DNA from: Eledone cirrhosa
Taxonomy: Eukaryota
NCBI GenBank assembly: GCA_964016885.1
Contig: OZ024747.1
Span: forward strand, 17,856,001 to 17,920,000
Direction: 5' to 3'
Length of the DNA stretch: 64,000 bases
This document shows positions 54,847 through 64,000 of the stretch, piece by piece. A program made the translations under genes and the position numbers. Below the pieces are notes generated by a model. That model made no database searches and was not told the DNA's origin. It was given only the letters and a program-made list of their open reading frames with translations. Each line of letters starts with the position of its first letter. The first letter of the stretch is position 1.

Positions 54847-55240
54847 TTACTCTATATATACTATTGTATTTTCATGGTAAACACGTTACCTCACATAATT
54901 ATCTCACATAATATCAAATCTATGACATTTTGATATTATTTATTTTGAGAATAATACCTTAACATCAGTATGAGCAACAAGTTACAGCCAGTTTGAACAG
55001 AAAGAGGTGAAAGAATTCTGGCTGGATATGGCCATTTTAAATTCTAAAGAGTTAAAGTACTTATTATCAACACCATCATCGTTTTTTACGTATACTGGCA
55101 TGGGTTGGACAGGTTTGTTCAAGACAATGTTTTACAGTCCTTTTAGTTGCCTCCTCTTACAACATGCAGGGATACAGTGTATTTATACTAAAAATTGAGA
55201 TACACATAACTTCCATCATAATTTTATGTAAACTTGTTAA

Positions 55241-55460
55241 CCCTTTAGCATTTAAACTGGCCATGTCCGGCCAGGATTCTCTCAACTCCTTCTGTATAAA
55301 CCAGCCATAACCGGCTGCTCATACTTACGTTAAGGGTTGTTCTCAAAATAAATAAAATCAAAATCTCATAGATTCGATATTATGTGAAATAATTATGTGA
55401 GATAAAGTGTTTACTGTAAAAATACAATAGTATATATAGAGTATTGTAAATGCTAAAGGG
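55241..55460 (-). mobile_element. 220-bp piggyBac-type MITE
   Basis: TTAA|CCCTTTAGCATTTA...TAAATGCTAAAGGG|TTAA. Family copies at 1362-1582, 52366-52585 and 54625-55051. Confidence 0.85.
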
Positions 55461-55906
55461 TTAAGGTATTTTAAACACCGGTTTGATAATGAGAAAATTA
55501 GATATATTTCTAAATCTATTCAAATTCTTGGTTATTTTCATTTGTTTTTAAATCATTTCATTAAAAATGTGGCAATGAAAGGGTTAATAATAAAAATAAC
55601 AATGGTAAGGATGATGATGATGATGATTAAGTTTTCTTTTAAAACATGGTAACTCACATGTTTACAATGAATGACATCACAAGATTTATGTCTACCACAA
55701 AAGTAATTAATGCTAAAAGTCTTTATACTTTTGTTGTAAGATCTAATTAATGTTTGGCCTCATTTATCTCTAGTCTTGAACTGTGTATCTATGTGTATGT
55801 ATCTAAGTATGTATGTGTGTATATGTATGTGCCTATGTGCTCTTATGATTTGCTCTCATATTTTCTCTTTTTCTCTCCCACCCTTTCCCTCATCTACTTT
55901 CTTTTT

Positions 55907-55982
<76 letters not shown>

Positions 55983-56022
55983 TACATCATATATATATAT
56001 ATACACACACATATATATATAT

Positions 56023-56054
<32 letters not shown>

Positions 56055-56170
56055 CATTTCACCCTTGTGTTTTCACCTGTACTTTCTCATCAATAAGATA
56101 AGATAAATAACATTAATAAGTAGCAGAGAAACCATCCTTCTCTTCAATTTGCCAGGTTCCCACCAACATC

Positions 56171-56231
56171 ATGATGATGTGTCAAGTCCTGTTTACTTTG
56201 CTAGTGTCTTTACTGGCATTATATGCTGTAG
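56171..56231 (+). CDS. GH18 chitinase, first coding exon (signal peptide)
   Basis: Acceptor ttcaatttgccag ends at 56155, then ATG at 56171. Translates as MMMCQVLFTLLVSLLALYAV, a hydrophobic signal-like peptide. Donor G|GTAAGT follows 56231. Phase 1 matches the next exon (G+AT = Asp). Not in the ORF track. Confidence 0.85.
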
Positions 56232-56538
56232 GTAAGTAACTTACACCTTTTATACATGTATTCAAAAACATACATCATCATTTTTTATGTTCGCGTCTCT
56301 CTGTTGGAATGGGTTGGATGGGATTTTTTGAGACTGCTTTTCAGCTGAATGCTCCTATTAATGCTCTTTTAGTCACATTTTATGACACAGGATTATGGTG
56401 TATCTATTCTAACAATTGGGATACACAGCCTATATATATATATGTATGTATATATATTGGGTTGTCAAGTATGAAATTTGTAGAAATAGGGGGGGGGGGG
56501 GTTCTATAAATTTCTACAAATTTCATACTTGACAACCC

Positions 56539-56597
<59 letters not shown>

Positions 56598-56775
56598 ATT
56601 TTTTTAAGAAAAAAAATTTTTTTCTAATCCGGAAAAAAATTCTTTTTGGATTTTGTGAAGAAAATAAATTTGTTGAAAGCACAAGTGAAGCCATTTTTTC
56701 TTCCCCCCTGTCTTAATATACCTAACTGTACCAAGGATTACACACATTTTCCAATATATATATATATATATATAT

Positions 56776-57435
56776 ATGAGGGGAAGTCAAAAATTATATT
56801 ATACTCTTCTTTCTGTAATTTATTAAAACAAAAGCAGCAGTTGAACAATTCCATCATTTTCGACAGTCTCCTTGCTTTTTTATGTACTTCATAAAAAAAA
56901 GGTTTTCAGCTGGTTGCACAGCCATTTATGCACCGCTTCCTGCCCTTCTTCATCTGTAGCAAATCAATGACCTCGTAAAGGATATTTGAGCAGTCCAAAG
57001 AGGTGATAATCAGAAGCCACAACATCTGGACTATATGCAGGGTGTTCCAGCAACTCAAAACCAAATTTTTTAATGGTTTCAATGGTTTGGGCAGCCATAT
57101 GTTGGCATGCATTGTCATGAAGCAATAACCCTTACTTTGACAATAAACCTCATTTGGTGTGAATTGCTGGTTTAAGTTTGTTGGTCAGCATTTCACTATA
57201 ACTTACACTGGTGACTATAGACCTCTATTCTAGGTAATGTTCTGGTATAGGCACTTTTGCATCCCCAAAACATTTAACATCACTTTTTCTGCAGAAGATT
57301 GAGTCTTGAATTTCTTTTTCACTGACAATCCCAGATGTTTCCACTCCATACTCACTCTGCCTTATGGATTCTGGCTCAAAGTGATGGACCCATGTCTCTT
57401 CTTCTGTGACTATTCTCTCTAAAAACACCTTCCTT
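56776..57435 (-). pseudogene. Mariner transposase C-terminal fragment with right terminus
   Basis: FLERIVTEEETWVHHFEPES...HDNACQH...LLEHPAYSPDVVASDYHLFGLLK, the mariner HDNA and YSPDLAP motifs in decayed form. Ends at a TA tract. Confidence 0.88.
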
Positions 57436-58629
57436 GTTGTAGTGTATTTATCTAAAAAACATTCATTATAATTTTAGGTAAGAACCTTTGTTAAATTATG
57501 TACCAAACATCAGCTAATCAATGAGATGGTTAGTTATATTATTAAATCCCTCTAAATTCTGGATTTGTTTCAAAATGATTTGAAAATCATTGTCAGTTGT
57601 CTTCAATTAGAAATATGATAATGATAAGATGAAAGCTAAAACTTCTAAGTCACTGCCACCTTTTCCTTCAAAAAATAACAAAAAAACTATACACTGTTTA
57701 CATGTATTAATGGCTCATTAGTGTTCTATGTATTAGTTGATCAAAATTTGTTCACCTCACAATACTGCATATGTAAGACCCTTTCCTCATACATTGTAAT
57801 ATTTTTAATTCAAGATATTGTTAATCAGACATAATTCATAGTTGACTTCTTCTGCATTCTGGCGTAACTGGAAAACACACACATCTAAGCAATTAGGCCA
57901 CATTCCTTTACATATATATATTCACACACACACACAGGCAGGCAGATAGATATACATAGACAGACAGAAGTTAGGTGAGTAGGTAAATAGGTAAGTAGAT
58001 AGCTACCTGGTTAGATAGGTAGGTAGATAGGTAGCTGGCTAGCTAGGTAAGTAGGTAGATAGGTAGGTAGGTAGGTAGGTAGGTAGGCAGGTAGGTAGGT
58101 AGGTAGGTAGGTAGGTAGGTGAGGGAGTGTTTATTATGATGCTGCTGATGATGATGATTATGGAGAGAGAACTACATTGTCAAATATGTTCGATCTTTAA
58201 AGAGCCTTTCTTTTATAAAATAGTTTACCTCAGATCAAAGACAATCCTGTCATGATAAGCTTGTCTTTTCTTTCAAACATATCTATGACTATATTATCCA
58301 ATGAGCTTTACCGTTTATATTTTAGAGATATTTAGCTTCTATTTCCAGCAGGTTGAGTGACTGCATAGAAGCTCCCCCTCTTGGCTGATTGATATTAGTG
58401 TTCGTATGTATGTGCATATGTGTGTGTGTGTGTGTATGTGTCTTCCTGTCTGTCTGCATACCAGTGTGTGTGTGGGTATATGTGTTTGTGTGTATGTATG
58501 TGCATGTTGGTATGTCTGTGTATGCATACATGTGTCTGTGTGTGCATACATGTGTGTGTGTGAATACATATTCTTATAACAGTATGTTATTAAATATTTA
58601 TATCATATAAATGTCTGTATATGTTTCAG

Positions 58630-58825
58630 ATGGTGAACAGAGTTTCCGACAAGTCTGTTATTACAGCAATTGGAGTCAATACAGACAAGGTCCTGCCAAG
58701 TTTGTGCCAAACAACATCGATCCTCAATTATGTACACACATCATTTATGCATTTGCTACTCTAGAAGGCAACTACCTTAAACCCTTTGAGTGGAATGATG
58801 ACTCAACTCCATGGATGGTTGGCAT
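58630..58825 (+). CDS. GH18 chitinase coding exon 2
   Basis: Splice sites tttcag|AT...GGCAT|gtacgt. Encodes DGEQSFRQVCYYSNWSQYRQGPAKFVPNNIDPQLCTHIIYAFATLEGNYLKPFEWNDDSTPWMVGM, the typical N-terminus of animal GH18 chitinases. Confidence 0.96.
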
Positions 58826-59981
58826 GTACGTAGGATATAATGATTTTTAATTTAGAAACAAGGCCAAGAATTTGTAGGGTGGGGAAAGTCGATTATATCG
58901 ATTCTAGTACTTAACTGGTTCTCTATTTTATCAACTCTGGAAGGATGAAAAACAAAGATCACCTTGACAGGATTTAAACTCAAATGTTGTTGGCATTAGG
59001 AAGGGCATCCAGCTGTAAAATCCCCAGTCTAATTTACAGTCCTCGTCGGAGCAAGGTACGGCATGGTCATTCTGGCCAGACTTGTCTCCCAACATGAACA
59101 ACCCATCTAACCCATGCAAGCATGGAAAAACGGACACTAAATGGTGATGATGATGATGATGATGATGATGTAAAGAGCCATAACTAAATGCTACAGTACA
59201 TCTTATCTGACTCTCTAACAATTCTGCCAATCTACTGCCTTTGTATATAAAATATAATATGAAGGCCGAAACACTTGCTTGAGCGGGGTTTCTTCACTGA
59301 AGACCTTCTGCTGCCCAGCTCTCCTGTGAGTTTCTTACCACTATGAGTGTATTTCAGTTCTGGTTCCTGGTGTCCTATACTTTTGGCCTTTTTTAAATTT
59401 CATTTTACTGTTTAATCAGGAAGGGACTTTTCGGGGCCTCCGAGACTGGTAGGTTGGGTGTGACTTGAGTGAGATTTGGCTACTATTTTTAGTTGGTCAA
59501 GCGATCATGATGGGGCTCCCTCACTGCCTCAAATATTACTTGTAATTCGATAATGAAAGTTTTGTTTTTATTGTCTGTGTATTATATGTGACTGTCAATA
59601 ATAGGCTGTGTTGTTTTAGAGAGCATAATTAAGGTGGTTTAAAAAACTACTTCTGTTCCCAACATCAATTTAATAATGAGCTTCTTAGTAATATTTATAA
59701 ATCACAATAAAGTGTTGATTGTTATCAAAATGATTTTAAAATTATATGCAGTGTTTTTATTAGAAATATGGTAAGGAAAGAGTTAAACTAAATATTGTCT
59801 GAGGAGATTTATTCACATGCTTACGACAGGGTTACAGAGTTTCAGTAAAGCATATATTTGCTAAACTTAATCAGAGAAAAACATTGATAAAGCTTAATGA
59901 ATAAAGGCTTTGCTGTGAGATTGTGATCATGCCATAAAAATATGAAGAAATCCTATTTTATATATATATATCTATATTTAG

Positions 59982-60234
59982 GTATGAAAAAGTAATTGCC
60001 ATGAAGAAAAAGAACCCCAAATTGGTAGTGCTTTTGTCTGTTGGAGGCTGGAATATGGGATCTGCATTGTTCACACAAATGGTATCAACTCCAGAAAATA
60101 GGAAACAATTCTACACCAATGCCACAGATTTTCTCCGAACTAGAGGTTTTGATGGCCTTGATATGGACTGGGAATACCCAGGAAATAGAGGCAGTCCACC
60201 AGAAGACAAGGAAAAATTCACCAGTCTGATGCAG
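59982..60234 (+). CDS. GH18 chitinase coding exon 3 (catalytic motif)
   Basis: Splice sites tttag|G...CAG|gtataa. Encodes YEKVIAMKKKNPKLVVLLSVGGWNMGS...GFDGLDMDWEYPGNRGSPPEDKEKFTSLMQ. The SxGGW and DxxDxDxE motifs are intact. Confidence 0.97.
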
Positions 60235-60502
60235 GTATAATGTATTCTCTTTAGCTGTGTCATAGACATGACAACTTCCCTATTGTTAGTAACCCATACG
60301 ATAAATGATCACCCAGTACACTTCTGTAATGTGGTTGGTGATAGGAAGGGTATCCAGACTTTAAAAAATCTGCCAAACAAAGGGTTAGAAAGACACTCCA
60401 GCTATGCCAAGGACATTACATCGTATGCACACAGTCTGTGGCAACATGTCCAACTTTTGTTAGTAGGGAAAATGACTGTTAAACAATTGTGAACAACAAT
60501 GA

Positions 60503-60567
<65 letters not shown>

Positions 60568-60637
60568 TCACAATCATCAACAGCAGCAGCATTTGTATGT
60601 CTGTGTATATGTATATGTGTATACACATATCTGAATA

Positions 60638-60671
<34 letters not shown>

Positions 60672-61081
60672 CATCATCATTTAATGTCTGTATCTCCTAG
60701 GTCCTCACAGATTAAGTTAGAAACTTGACATGAACTACTGACCTCTCAGAGAGGCTGAGGGATACATATTGCTGAAATTACACTCTTGCACTTTATAGAG
60801 TGTACAGGGGACATTTTATTATGGTACCAGAACTAAGGTTACCATGCCCTTGATACAAATGAAGAGTCCTCTCAAACCTTTTTTGGCATGGTTTCTATGG
60901 TTGGATTCCTTTCCTAACACCAACTACATTATAGAATGTACTAGGTGCATTTTATTGTGGCACCAACACTAGAGAAGTACCATTTTGAAATGGCAAAAGC
61001 TTAGCTGTCAGACAAAAAATCCCCATAATAATATGTACACTTTACTTAGTATAGAGGACTAAGTTGAATAATGGTTTTTAA

Positions 61082-61114
<33 letters not shown>

Positions 61115-61289
61115 AAAAGATTTATATGTGTTCATTTTTATATATATACTCATCTTTAAATGTCTGTATGTTTTAACTAGTAATATCTCTCTATATATAT
61201 TTTATATTTATTTTTATTTCATTTCATTTTATTTTGATCATGCTTTATTTTTATTTTTATTTTTAATTTCATTCGCACCATTTCCTCCC

Positions 61290-61482
61290 ACCCTCTTTTC
61301 GCTATATGTCTCTCCACCACTCCCCTACACACCCTTTGAACTCTCTTCCCACACACTTCTCACCTGAGGAAGGACTTATGCCCGAAACGTCGTTCCCCAG
61401 CACCACCCCACTCTCCAGAGCGTGAAATTAATAAACATTCGTTGTACTGCCTCTCTGTTTTGTTCCTGTTCAAATTTTCCAT

Positions 61483-61483
<1 letters not shown>
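61290..61483 (+). mobile_element. Probable PLE 3'-terminal fragment in a chitinase intron
   Basis: CTGAGGAAGGACTTATGCCCGAAACGTCG is a hammerhead-core-like motif without a clear stem I. It is followed by AATAAA and ends at a TA tract. Confidence 0.45.
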
Positions 61484-61542
<59 letters not shown>

Positions 61543-61594
61543 GATATGTGTGCATTCATATGTGTACTCATCTTTAAATGTCCCTTTGTTCCAG

Positions 61595-61719
61595 GAAACT
61601 GGTGGATATTTCACAACAGAATCACGGTCATCTAAGAAGACACGGTTAATGTTGACAGCTTCAGTGCCAGCTGGCAAAAAATATATTGATGCTGGATACA
61701 ATATCCAAGCTCTTTCTAG
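61595..61719 (+). CDS. GH18 chitinase coding exon 4
   Basis: Splice sites ttgttccag|GAA...TCTAG|gtgagg. Encodes ETGGYFTTESRSSKKTRLMLTASVPAGKKYIDAGYNIQALS. Phases 0/2 fit the neighbouring exons. Confidence 0.93.
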
Positions 61720-62386
61720 GTGAGGTGTAATATATGAACTTTGTATAGATAAATATACACATTGAATAAGTATATAGACATATAAACATGTCAAATTTAT
61801 GTATTTCCCTTTAAATATTATGAATATTTATAAACAATTTTAGGTCCACATCAGTGAATACGCACAACAAACAATCACAAAGAAATAGATGAGTGGCTGC
61901 CTTATAATGCTTTGTAAATGTAGTATTAATCATGAAAGGACATATATATTTTCATAATTTAGTGCCTATGTTGGGAGTTAGTTTTAATATATATCAAAAT
62001 GTGCACTAAACTGCCAAATTATACATTAAATGATATATATATATATATATATATATATATCCATTCCATTTTATGTCCGCTTTTTCCCTGCTTACAAGGG
62101 TGGGACGGGAACTGATTCTGGCTTGATTTCTACAGCTGGATGCCCTTCCTAACACCAACTTCATTTACAGTGAGTGCTAGGTGCTTTTTGCCGTGGCACC
62201 TCCACGACCACTTTGCAGTGGAATGATAGGGACCCCAGTTCTTATCTCATTTCTACAGCTGAGTAAACTGGAGCAATGTGAAATAAAGTGTCTTGCTCAA
62301 GGAAACAACACATCACCCAGTCTGAGAATTGAACTCACAACCTTTCGATTGCAAGGCCAATGCTCTAACCACTAAGCCATGTGCCT

Positions 62387-62477
<91 letters not shown>

Positions 62478-63227
62478 GTTAAACTCTATACTGTATATGT
62501 ACAGATGTGAATGATATAAATCTAATGGGTACTGTCGCTTCTTAGTGCACAGTCATTCTTTCATACAACACCTTTACTATATACATATATACCAGCCATT
62601 TAGAGGTAGGTGTCAGGAAGGGCATCTCAGCATAGGGACCCTGCCAAAAATTAGAATATATAAATGAGACATGGTCTTCTTAGCTATCTAAGAGTGCAGT
62701 AACTCTGAATAAGAACTGACCCACACTTTACCAACCCATCCAACCCATGCCAGCATAGAAATTAGATGTAGTAGGATAATGATGAGGATGATGATGATAA
62801 AATGTGTGTGCATCTGTTTGTGTGTGTGTGCATATTAATATGCAAAAGTATTACCCAATGAAATTTCTCTTTCCATTTTTCAATGTTGTTATGGCATTTT
62901 ATGTGTGTGTCCATGTATGTCATTGTGTTGTTTATGCTATCATGTGTGTATATGTCATTGTATGTGTGTGTATGTTATTGTGTGTATGTGCGTATGTGTG
63001 TGTGTTTCAATGTTTGTATCTATGTCATTATGTGTGTGTATGTTATTGTGTGTATGTGCGTGTGTGTGTGTTTCAATGTTTGTATCTATGTCATTATGTG
63101 TGTGTATGTTATTGTGTGTATGTGCGTGTGTGTGTGTGTGGTTCAATGTTTGTATCTATGTCATTATGTGTGTGCAAATTAACATACAAAAGTGTCCCCC
63201 CTATAAATTTCTCTTTCTACTTTGCAG

Positions 63228-63354
63228 TGTCGTAGATTTTTTCAATCTGATGTCATACGACTACCATGGTGGGTCTTTTGACAAAGTGCTTGGCCACAAC
63301 AGCCCTCTCTACCCTCTCAGTACTGAAGAAGGAATAGCAAAAACATTTAACATG
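63228..63354 (+). CDS. GH18 chitinase coding exon 5 (gene continues beyond window)
   Basis: Splice sites tttgcag|T...AACATG|gtaaaa. Encodes VVDFFNLMSYDYHGGSFDKVLGHNSPLYPLSTEEGIAKTFNM, with the MxYDxHG and HNSPLY motifs. Confidence 0.95.
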
Positions 63355-63387
63355 GTAAAAGCATTTTGTCTCTCCTCTCCCTATCTT

Positions 63388-64000
63388 TCATCATCATCAT
63401 CATCATCATCGTTTAACGTCCATATTCCACGCTTGCATGGGTTTGGATGGGAGTTTTCCCACTTGAGGCAAGAGTGGTTGTCCTGCTCGTATAGGACTGT
63501 CTGGCGGGTTTTCTACGGCTGGATGCCCTTCCTAACACCAACCACGTTTACAGTGTGGGGCTGGGAGGTTTTTACCGTGTTTCCTACACGGCCACATTAC
63601 AGCGTGGACTGTGTGTTTTTTGTCGTGACACCTACACGACCTCATTTGTTTCGGCCTGGATGTTGTGGTACCAACATAACTTTACATTGAAAGGGGTGGT
63701 GTGGATGGGATGGGGGTAGTGGGATAGGGGTATATTTTGTTAGAGGTGCCTACTGACTGTAGTAGGTTTCACTTTGTACTTAGGTAAGACGGGTCTTCTC
63801 TATTACTGTGTAGCGCCAAAGATCTCGGTCCAGTGACATTGTCTTGGAGAGGTGTAAGTGTGTGAGGTCGGAATTTATCAAGTCGTCCCAGGTTTTTCTG
63901 GGTCTGCCTACTCCGTGGCTACCGTCTATTTTTATTGCCCTGCACTTTTTTATATAGCTGTCGTCTTTCATGCGCATCACGTGACCGTACCAATGTAGTC
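63388..64000 (-). mobile_element. RTE-type LINE 3' end (ORF end, ~390-bp 3' UTR, (GAT)n tail) in a chitinase intron
   Basis: WYGHVMRMKDDSYIKKCRAIKIDGSHGVGRPRKTWDDLINSDL...DRDLWR, stop at 63780. The UTR is closely duplicated at 48070-48465. Confidence 0.85.

Noticed and set aside
62905-63690. 261-aa ORF as one exon
   Set aside because: Only 63228-63354 is chitinase. The rest is microsatellite and LINE UTR read-through.

Overview
Eukaryotic, AT-rich animal genomic DNA full of microsatellites. The SINE families and repeat landscape suggest a cephalopod, probably Octopus (inference). Two protein-coding genes are supported, both on the + strand. One is a single-coding-exon PLAC8/cornifelin-family cysteine-rich gene (40495-40818). 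The other is the 5' part of a secreted GH18 chitinase with five phase-compatible coding exons (56171-63354, continuing past the window). The rest is microsatellite and minisatellite DNA plus transposon remnants: two tRNA-derived SINE families, RTE- and CRE-type LINE fragments, a mariner fragment, piggyBac/hAT/mariner-type MITEs and a possible LTR. The most notable signal is a set of at least ten short inserts in (TA)n tracts that fall into several sequence-divergent families. Most carry a complete or partial minimal hammerhead-ribozyme fold, many are long inverted repeats with a one-sided tail, and those tails share an RRGYACTC motif. Two inserts retain a GIY-YIG endonuclease pseudo-ORF, linking the set to Penelope-like retroelements. 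Almost all long ORFs in the supplied track are translations of simple repeats.
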